In this document: piece after piece, positions 1-10,317 of the stretch
Layout: each line of letters starts with the position of its first letter
Numbering within the stretch: position 1 is the first letter of the stretch
Assembly: GCA_031459385.1 (NCBI GenBank)
Contig: JAVKIP010000007.1
Coordinates: forward strand, 89,387 to 153,386
Length of the DNA: 64,000 nt
Origin: Candidatus Fervidifonticultor secundus
Lineage (GTDB): Bacteria > Sysuimicrobiota > Sysuimicrobiia > Sysuimicrobiales > Humicultoraceae
Direction: 5' to 3'
Translations under genes and position numbers: made by a program
The notes under the pieces: model-generated
What the model was told of the DNA's origin: nothing
Databases searched by the model: none
What the model saw: the letters and a program-made list of their open reading frames with translations, nothing else

Positions 1-173
1 ACCGCGCGGTCGAGACGACCAGGAGGCGCCGGGACGATCTCGATGGTGGGGACCGCCACGACCGTGGCGCCCAGCAGGCGCAGCCGCGCACACAGGTCCC
101 GGGCCTGCGCGCGGGGGCGCGTGACCAGGATGCGCCGGCCGGCGAGCGGTCGCCCGGCGCGCGCGGGCCTCAC
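1..173 (-). CDS. hemD: Uroporphyrinogen-III synthase, 5' part (runs off window)
   Basis: GTG overlaps the hemC stop; translates MRPARAGRPLAGRRILVTRPRAQARDLCARLRLLGATVVAVPTIEI, a typical HemD N-terminus. Confidence 0.85.
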   Translation of the reverse strand, partial: MRPARAGRPLAGRRILVTRPRAQARDLCARLRLLGATVVAVPTIEIVPAPPGRLDRA

Positions 174-1090
174 GGCGCGACCTCCACCATGAGCGCCCGC
201 GCGCCGCGCGCGAGCAGGCGCCGGCCGAGCGTCTCGCCCAGGGCCGCGGCGTCGGCAGCGCCGCCCGCCACCTGGTCCCGCAGCATGGCGCGTCCATCCG
301 GGGCGAGCACCGCGCCGTCCAGGGTCAGGCGCCCCTCGCGGCAGACGCCCAGGGCCGCGATCGCCGTCTGGCACGTGCCGCCCAGCGCCGTCACAAACGC
401 GCGCTCGGCGTCCACCGCCCGGCGCGTCGCCGCGTCGTCGAGGGCCGCCACCTGCACCGCCAGCGGATCACCGGCGCGCGCCTGGATCGCCACTACGCCC
501 TGGCCCACCGCCGGCAGCATCACGCGCGGATCCAGCGTCTCCGTGATCCGGCGCGCCAGGCCCAGGCGGGCCAGACCCGCCGCCGCCAGCACCAGCGCGT
601 CGACTTCGCCCGCGTCGAGCTTGCGCAGCCGCGTGTCGACGTTGCCGCGGATGCCGCGCACGTCCAGGTCGGGCCGGGCGGTCAGCAGGAAGGCGCGGCG
701 GCGCGGGCTGTCGGTGCCGATGCGACTGCCGGACGGGAGGGCGTGCAGCGGCAGACCGGCGCGCGCGACCAGCGCGTCGCGCGGGTCGTCGCGCGGGAGG
801 AACGCGGCGACGACGAGCCCCGGCGTCGTCTGGCTGTGGAGGTCCTTGGCGCTGTGCACCGCCAGGTCGATGCGGCCGTCGGCGAGCGCGTCCTCGAGTT
901 CCTTGACGAACGCGCCCGGACCGAGGACGCGCGTCGGGCGGTCGGGGTGGGCGTCGCCCCGCGTGCGGATGACGACCGGCTCGCCGTCCAGTCCGAGCGC
1001 CGACAGGGCCGCGGTCACCTGCGCGGTCATTACCAGGGCCAGGGCGCTGCCGCGCGTGCCCACGCGCACCGGCTGCCGCCGCGCCACCAT
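170..1090 (-). CDS. hemC: Hydroxymethylbilane synthase (porphobilinogen deaminase)
   Basis: VGTRGSALA, FVKELEDAL, DLAVHSAKD, IRGNVDTRLRKL, MLPAVGQG motifs; ATG at 1090 overlaps the upstream TGA. Confidence 0.95.
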   Translation of the reverse strand: MVARRQPVRVGTRGSALALVMTAQVTAALSALGLDGEPVVIRTRGDAHPDRPTRVLGPGAFVKELEDALADGRIDLAVHSAKDLHSQTTPGLVVAAFLPRDDPRDALVARAGLPLHALPSGSRIGTDSPRRRAFLLTARPDLDVRGIRGNVDTRLRKLDAGEVDALVLAAAGLARLGLARRITETLDPRVMLPAVGQGVVAIQARAGDPLAVQVAALDDAATRRAVDAERAFVTALGGTCQTAIAALGVCREGRLTLDGAVLAPDGRAMLRDQVAGGAADAAALGETLGRRLLARGARALMVEVAP

Positions 1091-1785
1091 CAGTGCCGCT
1101 CGGGAGGAGGGGCCGTGGCGCCCCGCTGGTCGGCGCGGCGGCCGGGATGGCCGGGTGCCGCGTCCTGCGCCCGCAGCATGGCGGTGAAGACGGCATCGAG
1201 GAGGTCGCTGGTCTCGAGCAGCGTGCGCACCTGTGCCTCGTCCAGCAGGCCGCCGCGGCCGCGCGGGTCGGTCACCATCTTGAGCACCACGTGCCGGAAG
1301 TAGGCGAACGCTTCCGCGGCCTCGGCGGGCCCCACGCCCGCCCGGCGGAGGTCGCTGCCGTAGCGCGCCGCGCGTTCCAGCAGCTGCTGGCGGAGCGTGC
1401 GGCGCACCTCGGGGTGGGCCATGAACTGCACGACCGCAGCGAAGAGGTGGCGGCCGTGCTCGCGCGCCCGCGCGCGCAGCGCGGGATCCAGTGCCGAGAA
1501 CCACGGCCGGCGCTGGAGCGGCCGGGCCGGCGCGCCGGCCAGGACGCGGGCGCTGCGCCGGCGCAGGAGGTGCCCGAGATCCTCGACCTTCGGCGCCTCG
1601 CGCTGCAGGAGCGCGTGCAGGTCGTCCTCGCGGAAGCGCCGGTGCCCGCCCGGCGTGCGGAACGTGCGCACGCGGCCCATGTCCGCCCAGTGCCGCAGGG
1701 TCGCCTCGTCGACGCCGAGGAGCGCGGCGGCCTGGCCGAGCGGTAGCCAGCGGCCTTCGCGGGGGCGATCGGTGCGCGCGGACAT
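1090..1785 (-). CDS. Excisionase/BldC-like (truncated MerR) HTH DNA-binding protein with helical C-terminal domain
   Basis: N-term WLPLGQAAALLGVDEATLRHWADMGRVRTFRTPGGHRRF; translationally coupled to hemC. Confidence 0.85.
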   Translation of the reverse strand: MSARTDRPREGRWLPLGQAAALLGVDEATLRHWADMGRVRTFRTPGGHRRFREDDLHALLQREAPKVEDLGHLLRRRSARVLAGAPARPLQRRPWFSALDPALRARAREHGRHLFAAVVQFMAHPEVRRTLRQQLLERAARYGSDLRRAGVGPAEAAEAFAYFRHVVLKMVTDPRGRGGLLDEAQVRTLLETSDLLDAVFTAMLRAQDAAPGHPGRRADQRGATAPPPERH

Positions 1786-1795
1786 CGGCCCTTAG

Positions 1796-1820
1796 ATTCT
1801 ATAGAAGTCTGTGTAATCCT
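1796..1820 (-). promoter_or_regulatory. Sigma-H-like promoter AGGA-N17-GAAT for HTH-hemC-hemD
   Basis: Minus strand reads GAAGGATTACACAGACTTCTATAGAATCT, ending 10 nt before the ATG at 1785. Confidence 0.55.
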
Positions 1821-1905
1821 TCGTGAATCGTGCCAAGACACACCGGCCCGCCGCACAGCCGCGCCCGGGCGGCCGATGACACCGGTGGGGAGATCGTCCG
1901 AGGCG

Positions 1906-3420
1906 ATGCTGGCAGTCGTCGCGAGCGCCACGCTCGCTGGCCTGGACGCCGTGCCCGTGTCCGTGGAGGTCGATGTCGGGCCGGGGCTGCCGACGTTCGC
2001 CATCGTGGGCCTGCCGGACGCCGCCGTGCAGGAAGCGCGGGAGCGCGTGCGCACGGCGATCAGGAACTCCGGGTACGAGATGCCGCCGCGGCGGATCGTG
2101 GTGAACCTGGCGCCCGCGGACCGCCGGAAAGAGGGGCCAGGGCTCGACCTGCCGATTGCGCTGGGGGTGTTGATCGCCACCGGCCAGCTGCGCGCCGACG
2201 CCGTGCGGGGCTACCTGGCACTGGGTGAGCTGGCGCTGGACGGCGCGCTCCGTCCGGTCCCCGGCGTGCTCTCGGCGGCCGAGACCGCGCGGCGCATCGG
2301 CGCCCGTGGCCTGCTGGTGCCCGCAGCCAGCGCCGGCGAAGCCGCCATCGTCGAGGAGGTGCGCGTCTATGCGCTCGCCAGCCTGCGTGCAGCCGTCGAC
2401 CACCTCAGCGGCGTGCGCGCCGCGTCGCCGGCGGTCGTGCCGGTGCCGGCGCAGACGCCCCACCCGCCACCGCTGGACCTGGCCGACGTGCGCGGGCAGC
2501 CGGCCGCGTGCCGGGCGCTGGAGGTCGCGGCGGCGGGCGCGCTCAACCTGCTGCTGGTCGGGCCGCCCGGGGTCGGCAAGACGATGCTGGCCCGGCGGCT
2601 GCCCTCCATCCTGCCACCGCTGCGCCGCGACGAGGCCGTCGACGTAACCCGGGTCTACAGCGTGGCCGGCCGCCTGCCGCCGGGGACGGGCCTGCTGTGG
2701 GAGCGCCCGTTCCGTGCGCCGCATCACAGCGCCAGCGCGTCGTCCCTGGCCGGCGGCGGCACCATCCCCCGGCCGGGCGAGATCTCCCTGGCCCACCACG
2801 GCGTGCTCTTCCTCGACGAGTTGCCCGAGTTCAGGCACGACGCGCTGGAGGTGCTGCGCCAGCCGCTGGAGGACGGCGTGGTCACGGTAGCGCGCGTCCA
2901 CGGCGTGGTGCGTTTCCCCGCGCGGTTTGTGCTGGTCGCCGCGATGAACCCCTGCCCCTGCGGGTTCCGCGGCGATCCGCAGCGCCCGTGCGCGTGCACG
3001 CCGGCGCAGGTCCAGCGGTACCTCGCCCGGCTGTCCGGTCCGCTGCTCGACCGCATCGACCTGCACGTCGAGGTGCCCCGGCCGCCCACCGAGGCGGTCC
3101 TGACCGGGCCGCCGGGCGAGCGCTCCGCGGCGGTGCGCGCGCGGGTGACCGCGGCGCGCGAGCGCGCCAGGGCGCGCGCAGCGCGTGCGGTCGGAGGCGA
3201 CGGCGCCGGTGCGGAGAGCGGACCGATCGCTCCCGAGGCGCTGGCGTTCGTACACCGGTGTGCCGACCGTCTGCTGCTGGGCGCGCGGGCGACGCGCCGC
3301 CTGCTGCGCGTCGCCCGCGCGATCGCCGACCTCGAGGGCGCGGAGGCTGTGCACGTGGAGCACGCGGCCGAGGCCGCGCGCTACCGGCTGCTCGACCGGC
3401 ACGCGCCGGCAGCCGTGTGA
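1906..3420 (+). CDS. comM: YifB/ComM Mg-chelatase-like AAA+ ATPase
   Basis: IVGLPDAAVQEARERV, GPPGVGKT, PFRAPHH, PGEISLAHHGVLFLDELPEF, AMNPCPCG. Confidence 0.93.
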   Translation: MLAVVASATLAGLDAVPVSVEVDVGPGLPTFAIVGLPDAAVQEARERVRTAIRNSGYEMPPRRIVVNLAPADRRKEGPGLDLPIALGVLIATGQLRADAVRGYLALGELALDGALRPVPGVLSAAETARRIGARGLLVPAASAGEAAIVEEVRVYALASLRAAVDHLSGVRAASPAVVPVPAQTPHPPPLDLADVRGQPAACRALEVAAAGALNLLLVGPPGVGKTMLARRLPSILPPLRRDEAVDVTRVYSVAGRLPPGTGLLWERPFRAPHHSASASSLAGGGTIPRPGEISLAHHGVLFLDELPEFRHDALEVLRQPLEDGVVTVARVHGVVRFPARFVLVAAMNPCPCGFRGDPQRPCACTPAQVQRYLARLSGPLLDRIDLHVEVPRPPTEAVLTGPPGERSAAVRARVTAARERARARAARAVGGDGAGAESGPIAPEALAFVHRCADRLLLGARATRRLLRVARAIADLEGAEAVHVEHAAEAARYRLLDRHAPAAV

Positions 3421-3435
3421 GCGGAGGGACCGACG

Positions 3436-4587
3436 ATGGCCTCCGCGTGGCCGCCGCCGTACCACCGGCCGCTGGAGGGCGAAGCGCTCGAGGCCGAGGT
3501 CGAGGCGTACGTCGGGCTGAGCCTGCTCCCCGGGATAGGGCCGCGCACGATCAAACAGTGGGTCGAGCAGGTAGGGCGGGCCCGTGCGGTGTGGGACCGC
3601 CTGCCGCAGATGGTCCGAACCCGGGCCGGCCGCGATGACCTCATCATCGCCTGGCGCGCGGCACACCCCGGCCGGGTGGTGGCCCGGGCACGGCGGTGCA
3701 GACAGCAGGTCGTGGTGCCAGGACACCCGGCGTATCCGGAGCGCCTGTGGCAACTCGCCGACCCGCCGCCCGTGCTGTTCGTGCGCGGCGCCCTCGATGC
3801 GCGGCCGGCCGTGGCCGTGGTGGGGGCGCGGCGGGCGTCGCCGTACGGGCTCCAGGCGGCCGCACGCCTGGCCCGCGACCTGGCGGCAGCCGGCGTCGCC
3901 GTGGTGAGCGGGCTGGCACGCGGCATCGACGGCGCCGCGCACCGCGGGGCGCTCGACGGCGGAGGGCGCACGGTGGCGGTCCTGGGGTCGGCCGTGGACG
4001 TAATCTACCCGCCCGAGCACGTGCCGCTGGCCGAGGCGATCGCAGCGCGCGGCGCGCTCGTCTCCGAGTTCCCGCCGGGCACCCCGCCCCAGCCCGGCCA
4101 CTTCCCCCGGCGCAACCGGCTGATCAGCGGGCTCTGTCTGGCGGTCGTGATCGTCGAGGGCGCGGAGGACAGCGGGGCGCTGGTGACCGTGGACTACGCG
4201 CTGGCCCAAGGACGCGACGTCTTCGCCGTGCCGGGGAGCATCTTCAGTCCGGTCAGCCGGGCGCCGCTGGCGCTGCTCCGCGACGGTGCGAAGATGGCGA
4301 CCTCTGCAGACGACATCCTGCAGGAGTTGCAGGTGCCGGCAGTGCCACCTGTCGATGCTGCGCCTGGCGGTGCGGCCGGATCCTCCGATGGCGGTCGCCC
4401 GACCGACCGGCTGCTGGCGGCCCTGGCGGGAGGACCGGCCACACTGGACGCCCTGGTGGCGTCGACGGGCCTCACGGCGGCGGAGGTCGCGGCGGCGATC
4501 ACGCTGCTGGAGGTGCAGGGCAGGGTCGTGCTGCATCCTGGCCAGCTGGTGGCCGCGCGGGCGATGCCGGATCGCCGGGAGCCTTGA
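3436..4587 (+). CDS. dprA: DNA-processing protein DprA
   Basis: VAVVGAR, VSGLARGIDGAAH, FPRRNRLISGL; C-terminal winged helix. Confidence 0.95.
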   Translation: MASAWPPPYHRPLEGEALEAEVEAYVGLSLLPGIGPRTIKQWVEQVGRARAVWDRLPQMVRTRAGRDDLIIAWRAAHPGRVVARARRCRQQVVVPGHPAYPERLWQLADPPPVLFVRGALDARPAVAVVGARRASPYGLQAAARLARDLAAAGVAVVSGLARGIDGAAHRGALDGGGRTVAVLGSAVDVIYPPEHVPLAEAIAARGALVSEFPPGTPPQPGHFPRRNRLISGLCLAVVIVEGAEDSGALVTVDYALAQGRDVFAVPGSIFSPVSRAPLALLRDGAKMATSADDILQELQVPAVPPVDAAPGGAAGSSDGGRPTDRLLAALAGGPATLDALVASTGLTAAEVAAAITLLEVQGRVVLHPGQLVAARAMPDRREP

Positions 4588-4759
4588 CAGCCCGTGCTAC
4601 CGTATAGGATGAACTTTGCGCCCCCTGGCCCCCCGACGGGCGTGGTGGCGCTTCCGGGCGCTCGATGTCTGGGGACGATGGGGGCCGGGTACTGGGGTAC
4701 TGACGATGCAGGTGCCTCACGGTGCGGGCCGGCGGCCTGCGTGACGCTGAGGGAGGTGG

Positions 4760-6901
4760 GTGGTGGCGGCGCAAAAGGCGCTGGTCGTCGTCGAGTCACC
4801 GACGAAGGCTCGCACCCTGTCCAAGCTGCTGAAGCGGCCCTACGAGGTCAAGGCGTCGATGGGCCACGTGAAGGACTTGCCCCGAAGCCAGTTGGGCGTG
4901 AACGTGGAGGAGAACTTCACCCCCAAGTACATCGTCATCAAGGGCAAGGGCCCCATCATCAAAGACTTGAAGGACGCCGCCAAGAAGGCGTCCGCGGTCT
5001 ACATGGCCACCGATCCTGACCGGGAGGGCGAGGCGATCTCCTGGCACCTGGCCGAACTCCTGGGCCAGGTCAACCCCGAGATCCGGCGCATCGAGTTCCA
5101 CGAGATCACCAAGGAAGCGGTCCAGCGGGCGCTCAGGCACCCGCGGGCCATCGACCAGAACCTGGTGAACGCGCAGCAGGCGCGCCGGGTGCTGGACCGC
5201 CTGGTGGGCTACAAGCTGAGCCCGCTGCTGTGGCGCAAGCTCCGCGGCGGCCTGTCCGCCGGCCGCGTGCAGTCGGTGGCGCTGCGCCTGGTGGTCGACC
5301 GCGAGCGCGAGATCGAGGCGTTCACCCCGCAGGAGTACTGGTCCGTCACCGGCACGTTTCGGACTGCGGGCGGCGAGGAGTTCGAGGCGCGGCTTTTCGC
5401 CCGGGAGGGCGCGCGCTACGGGTCGCCCGCAGACGAGGGCGCGACGGTCATCCGCACCGAGGCCGAGGCGCAGGCCCTGGTGGCGGCGTTGCGCGGCGTA
5501 CAGTACGCGGTCAGCGAGGTCCGGCAGCGCGATCAGCTGCGCCACCCCGCCCCGCCGTTCACCACCAGTACGATGCAGCAGGAGGCCAACCGGCGCTTGG
5601 GCTACTCCGCCGCGCGGACGATGGCGGTCGCCCAGCAGCTCTACGAGGGCCTCGACGTGGGCGACGAGGGCACGGTGGGGCTGATCACGTACATGCGCAC
5701 CGACTCGGTCAGGGTGGCCGCCGCGGCGCAGGCCGAGGCCCGCGACTTCGTCGCCAACGCCTTCGGCGACGCCTACCTGCCGGAGCGGCCGCGCCAGTAC
5801 CGATCGCGGCGCGACGCGCAGGGGGCCCACGAGGCGATCCGGCCCACGAGCATCGCCCGCACGCCCGAGCGCGTCAAACCCTTCCTCCGGTCGGACCAGT
5901 ACCGCCTCTACCGGCTGATCTGGGAGCGCTTCCTCGCCAGCCAGATGGCCGCGGCGGTGCTCGACACGCTGTCGGTGGACGTCACCGGGGGCCCGTTCCT
6001 GTTCCGCGCCACGGGCAGCCGCGTGAAGTTCCCCGGCTACCTGATTCTCTACCGCGAGGCCGCCGACAACGGCGCCCCCGAGCAGGAGAGCTGGCTGCCG
6101 CCGCTCGCGGCGGGTGAGCCGCTGGCGCTGGCGGCCGTGACGCCCGCCCAGCACTTCACGCAGCCGCCGCCCCGCTATACGGAGGCGGCGCTGGTGCGCG
6201 CCCTGGAGGAGAAGGGCATCGGCCGGCCGAGCACCTATGCGCCGACGATCGAGACGATCAAGAAGCGCGGCTACGTCACCAGCCGCGACCGCCGCCTGGT
6301 GCCCACGGACCTGGGGCGCATGGTCACCGACCTGCTGGTCGAACACTTCCCGGAAGTCGTGGACGTCGACTTCACGGCCAGCATGGAGGAGGATCTGGAC
6401 CGCGTGGAAGAAGGGCGGGCGGACTGGCGGCAGATCGTGCGCGACTTCTACGAGCCGTTCGCGCAGACGCTGCAGCGCGCCGAGGCGAAGATCCCCGTGA
6501 CGGAGCTTCCCGAAGTCGCGATCGGAGAGCCCTGCCCCCAGTGCGGGCGACCGCTCGTGCGCAAGCACGGCCGGTTCGGCGAGTTCATCGCCTGCTCGGG
6601 CTTCCCCGCGTGCCGCTACACGCGCCCGGTGGGCCTCGGTGTCGCCTGCCCGCAGTGCGGGAGCGAGCTGGTGGCGCGGCGGACCCGGCGCGGGCGGCCC
6701 TTTTATGGATGCAGCGCGTATCCCGCCTGCGCCTTCACGTCGTGGGACCGCCCCAGCCCTCGCCGCTGTCCGGTCTGCGGCGGCCTGATGGTCGTCAAGA
6801 CCATGCGGCGCGGCGACGAGCTGCGTTGCACGAACGACGCCTGCGGCCACCGCGAGCCGGCGGCTGAGCCCGCGCCGGTGCCGGTGCCGGTCTCCTCCTA
6901 G
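4760..6901 (+). CDS. topA: DNA topoisomerase I with C-terminal zinc ribbons
   Basis: LVVVESPTK, ATDPDREGEAI, SAGRVQS, LITYMRTDS, GIGRPSTY; three C4 zinc fingers. Confidence 0.97.
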   Translation: MVAAQKALVVVESPTKARTLSKLLKRPYEVKASMGHVKDLPRSQLGVNVEENFTPKYIVIKGKGPIIKDLKDAAKKASAVYMATDPDREGEAISWHLAELLGQVNPEIRRIEFHEITKEAVQRALRHPRAIDQNLVNAQQARRVLDRLVGYKLSPLLWRKLRGGLSAGRVQSVALRLVVDREREIEAFTPQEYWSVTGTFRTAGGEEFEARLFAREGARYGSPADEGATVIRTEAEAQALVAALRGVQYAVSEVRQRDQLRHPAPPFTTSTMQQEANRRLGYSAARTMAVAQQLYEGLDVGDEGTVGLITYMRTDSVRVAAAAQAEARDFVANAFGDAYLPERPRQYRSRRDAQGAHEAIRPTSIARTPERVKPFLRSDQYRLYRLIWERFLASQMAAAVLDTLSVDVTGGPFLFRATGSRVKFPGYLILYREAADNGAPEQESWLPPLAAGEPLALAAVTPAQHFTQPPPRYTEAALVRALEEKGIGRPSTYAPTIETIKKRGYVTSRDRRLVPTDLGRMVTDLLVEHFPEVVDVDFTASMEEDLDRVEEGRADWRQIVRDFYEPFAQTLQRAEAKIPVTELPEVAIGEPCPQCGRPLVRKHGRFGEFIACSGFPACRYTRPVGLGVACPQCGSELVARRTRRGRPFYGCSAYPACAFTSWDRPSPRRCPVCGGLMVVKTMRRGDELRCTNDACGHREPAAEPAPVPVPVSS

Positions 6902-6902
6902 C

Positions 6903-7829
6903 GTGGGCCGCCAGGCGCGCGGGCCCGGCGCGCCGCCCCCCCTGGCGCCGGCGCTCGCCCGCGACATCGAGGCGTTCCTCCAGATGCTGGAAGCAGAGCG
7001 CGCGGCCTCGCCGCACACCCTGGCGGCGTACCGGCGGGACCTGGAGGGCTTCGCGCGCTTTCTCGCCGGGGAGGGCATCGGCGGCTGGGACGGCGTAACC
7101 GTGGCCGTGGCCCGGCGGTACCTGGCTGCCCGCCACCACACCCACGCCCGGGCGTCGGTGGCCCGCGCCCTGTCGGCGCTGCGCACGTTCTTCCGGTTCC
7201 TGCGCCGGGAGGGCCGCGTGGCGGCGAGCCCCTTGCGGCTCCTGGCCTCCCCGCGCCTGCCCCGCCGCCTGCCCCGGGCGATCCCGCCCGATGCCGTGGC
7301 GGCGCTGCTGGGCGCGCCGCCACTGGACCGTCCGGCCGGCCTGCGCGACCGCGCGATCCTCGAACTCCTCTACGCCGGGGGGGTGCGGGTGGGCGAGCTG
7401 GTGGGGCTCAGCCTGGCGCACCTGGCGGGCGACGAGATCCGCGTGCGCGGCAAGGGGAACCGGGAGCGCGTGGTGCTCATCGGGGAGCAGGCCGCCCGGG
7501 CGCTGGCGCGCTACCTGCGCGACGGCCGGCCGCGGCTGGTGCGGCGGCCCACGGATCGCATCTTCGTCAGCGCGCGCGGCACGCCGCTGTCGGCGCGCGC
7601 CGTGCAGCTCATCGTGGGCCGCTGGGTCCGCGCGGCTGCCGTGCAGCAGCGGGTGACGCCGCACGTGCTGCGTCACACGTTCGCCACGCACCTGCTCGAT
7701 GGCGGCGCGGACCTGCGGGTCGTGCAGGACCTCCTGGGCCACGCGAGCCTGACGACCACACAGGTCTACACCCATGTCTCCCGCGAGCGCCTGAAGCGGA
7801 TCTACGCGCAGGCCCACCCCCGGGCCTGA
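6903..7829 (+). CDS. xerC: Tyrosine recombinase XerC
   Basis: RDRAILELLY, VRGKGNRER, HVLRHTFATHLL, LLGHASLTTTQVYTHV; conserved position after topA. Confidence 0.88.
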   Translation: MGRQARGPGAPPPLAPALARDIEAFLQMLEAERAASPHTLAAYRRDLEGFARFLAGEGIGGWDGVTVAVARRYLAARHHTHARASVARALSALRTFFRFLRREGRVAASPLRLLASPRLPRRLPRAIPPDAVAALLGAPPLDRPAGLRDRAILELLYAGGVRVGELVGLSLAHLAGDEIRVRGKGNRERVVLIGEQAARALARYLRDGRPRLVRRPTDRIFVSARGTPLSARAVQLIVGRWVRAAAVQQRVTPHVLRHTFATHLLDGGADLRVVQDLLGHASLTTTQVYTHVSRERLKRIYAQAHPRA

Positions 7830-7868
7830 CGCCCGCGCCGCGGGGGCCCGCGGCCGGGCGCCCAGGGT

Positions 7869-7897
7869 TTCCCTGGCGCGAGGGACCGTGGTATACT
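7869..7897 (+). promoter_or_regulatory. Sigma70-type promoter of the rpsB operon
   Basis: TTCCCT-N17-TATACT with extended TG. Confidence 0.55.
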
Positions 7898-7902
7898 ACC
7901 GC

Positions 7903-8129
7903 GGGATTTGTCGCAGGAACGCGGCATAGCGGCCCTCGCTCCCCGCAAAGTCGTGCGCGATTTTGCGGGGTTTGCATGCCGGGCGGCCTGCGCGATCCGG
8001 AGTTCGCACGCGCCCTGACCCGCCGAGCGTGCCCTGCGGGGCCTCGGCCCGGATGCGCGGGAATGAGGAGGCGCGGAGGCTGAACACGTGCGACGACCGG
8101 CGGGCCCGGCGTCGAGAGGAGGCCCAGTG
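7903..8129 (+). promoter_or_regulatory. Long structured rpsB 5' leader (probable S2 autoregulatory leader)
   Basis: About 225 nt leader with several GC stems; AGGAGG SD at 8117-8122. Confidence 0.45.
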
Positions 8130-8942
8130 GTGCCAGTAGTCACGATGAAGCAGCTCCTGGAGGCGGGGGTCCACTTCGGGCACCAGACCCGGCGGTGGAA
8201 TCCCAAGATGGCGCGCTATATCTTCACGGAGCGCAACGGCATTCACATCATCGATCTCCAGAAGAGCGTGCCCCTGCTGGAGGAGGCCTACCGCTACGTG
8301 CGCGAGGCAGTGGCCGGCGGCGGCGACATCCTCTTCGTCGGCACCAAGAAGCAGGCCCAGGACGCCATTCAAGAGGAAGCCACCCGCGCCCAGCAGCCCT
8401 ACGTGAACCAGCGGTGGCTGGGCGGGATGCTCACCAACTTCCAGACGATCCGCCGGCGGGTCGAGCGCCTGAAGGAGATCGAGGACATGCGCACCCGCGG
8501 CACGCTGGAGGTGCTGCCCAAGCGCGAGCAGGCGCGCCTGCTGGACGAGGCGGCCCGCCTGGAGAAGTACCTGGGCGGGATCAAGCACATGACGCGGCTG
8601 CCGGCCGCCGTCTACATCGTGGACACGCGCAAGGAGCACATTGCCGTGGCCGAGGCCCGCAAGCTCGGCATCCCGGTCATCGCGATCCTGGACACCAACT
8701 GCGATCCCGACGAGGTGGACTACGCCATCCCCGGCAACGACGACGCGATCCGCGCCGTGCGGCTCATCACCAACCGGATGGCCAACGCGTGCCTGGAGGG
8801 ACTGGAGGAGCGGCGCAAGCGCGAGGTGGTGGAGGAGGCGCCGGCCGAGGCAGCCGACGCCGAGGAGGCGGAGGAGGCGTTGACGTTGCCGGACGTGCGC
8901 GAGCACGAATTTGGCCAGACCACGGTGGAGACGCGAGGCTGA
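8130..8942 (+). CDS. rpsB: 30S ribosomal protein S2
   Basis: [42 protein letters not shown]. Confidence 0.98.
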   Translation: MPVVTMKQLLEAGVHFGHQTRRWNPKMARYIFTERNGIHIIDLQKSVPLLEEAYRYVREAVAGGGDILFVGTKKQAQDAIQEEATRAQQPYVNQRWLGGMLTNFQTIRRRVERLKEIEDMRTRGTLEVLPKREQARLLDEAARLEKYLGGIKHMTRLPAAVYIVDTRKEHIAVAEARKLGIPVIAILDTNCDPDEVDYAIPGNDDAIRAVRLITNRMANACLEGLEERRKREVVEEAPAEAADAEEAEEALTLPDVREHEFGQTTVETRG

Positions 8943-8945
8943 GCG

Positions 8946-9518
8946 ATGGCGGTGACCACGGAACTCGTGAAGGAACTGCGGGCGCGCACCGGCGCGGGCG
9001 TCATGGACTGCCGCCGGGCCCTCGAGGAGACCGGCGGCGACCTCGAACGCGCTGCGGAGCTGCTGCGCGCCAGGGGGATGGCCGCAGCGGCCAGGCGCGC
9101 GGGCCGCGAGACCTCCGAAGGCCTGGTGGAGGCCTACATCCACACGGGCGGCCGCCTCGGCGCCCTGGTGGAGCTAAACTGCGAGACCGACTTCGTGGCC
9201 CGGACCGAGGAGTTCCGGACGCTGGCCCGCGAGCTGGCCATGCAGGTGGCGGCCGCGAGGCCGACCTGGGTCTCGGTCGACGAGATCCCGGCCGAGGTGC
9301 TGGCCGCCCGGCGGGCGGCGCTCGCCGGTGAGGCGGACGGCGGCGCACCGCACGTCGAGGCGCGCCTGGCACAGTGGATCGCCGAGGTGGCGCTCCTGGA
9401 GCAGCCCTACATCCGTGACCCCGGGCGGCGGGTGCGCGACCTGATCGCCGACGTGACCGCGCGCGTGGGCGAGCACGTCCGCGTGCGGCGGTTCGCACGG
9501 TTCCAGCTGGGCGAGTAG
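8946..9518 (+). CDS. tsf: Elongation factor Ts (short form)
   Basis: [35 protein letters not shown]. Confidence 0.96.
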   Translation: MAVTTELVKELRARTGAGVMDCRRALEETGGDLERAAELLRARGMAAAARRAGRETSEGLVEAYIHTGGRLGALVELNCETDFVARTEEFRTLARELAMQVAAARPTWVSVDEIPAEVLAARRAALAGEADGGAPHVEARLAQWIAEVALLEQPYIRDPGRRVRDLIADVTARVGEHVRVRRFARFQLGE

Positions 9519-9562
9519 CCGGGCGCGCGCCGGCCCGGTCCAGGACCACCAGGAGGGGCCCG

Positions 9563-10306
9563 ATGGATGCCGCGGCAGGGCGGCCAATCTACACGCGGAT
9601 CCTGTTGAAGCTCAGCGGCGAGGCGCTCGCCGGCGAGGGTGGCGTGGGCCTCGACCCGGCGGTCCTGCAGCTGGTGTCCAGCGAGGTGCGGGACGTGCAG
9701 GCCCGCGGCGTGCAGGTGGCGATCGTGGTGGGCGGCGGCAACATCGTGCGCGGCGCCGACCTCAGCCGGCGGCTGGGCATCGACGAGGTCACCGCCCACA
9801 CCATGGGCATGCTGGCCACGGTCATCAACGGTCTGGCCCTCATGGATGCCATGGAACGCCTGGGCCTGGTGGTCCGCGTGCTGTCGGCGATCGAGATGCA
9901 CCAGGTAGCCGAACCGTACATCCGGCGCCGCGCGATCCGGCACCTCGAGAAGGGCCGCGTCGTGATCTTCGTGGGCGGCACGGGCAGCCCGTACTTCACT
10001 ACCGATACCGCGGCCGCGCTGCGCGCCATCGAGATCCAGGCCGGCGCGCTGCTGATGGCCAAGCGGGGCGTCTCGGGGGTCTACGACAAGGACCCGCGCC
10101 AGCATCCCGACGCCGTCATGTACACCCATCTCGACTACATGGACATCCTCAACCGGGACCTGCGCGTCATGGACGCCACCGCTGCCGCGCTGTGCAGGGA
10201 CAACAACATGGACATCGTGGTCTTCGACGTCACCCGGCCCGGCAACATCACCCGGGCCGTGCTCGGGGAGGCGATCGGCACCCTGGTGGGAGGCGGCCGC
10301 CGGTGA
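9563..10306 (+). CDS. pyrH: UMP kinase
   Basis: [37 protein letters not shown]. Confidence 0.97.
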   Translation: MDAAAGRPIYTRILLKLSGEALAGEGGVGLDPAVLQLVSSEVRDVQARGVQVAIVVGGGNIVRGADLSRRLGIDEVTAHTMGMLATVINGLALMDAMERLGLVVRVLSAIEMHQVAEPYIRRRAIRHLEKGRVVIFVGGTGSPYFTTDTAAALRAIEIQAGALLMAKRGVSGVYDKDPRQHPDAVMYTHLDYMDILNRDLRVMDATAAALCRDNNMDIVVFDVTRPGNITRAVLGEAIGTLVGGGRR

Positions 10307-10317
10307 ACCCCGGTGAT

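Noticed and set aside
1090..1785. Excisionase indicating a prophage
   Set aside because: No phage genes nearby; the gene is coupled to hemC and carries an extra domain
6903..7829. Tyrosine recombinase as a phage/ICE integrase
   Set aside because: Size, motifs and dprA-topA-xerC synteny indicate housekeeping XerC
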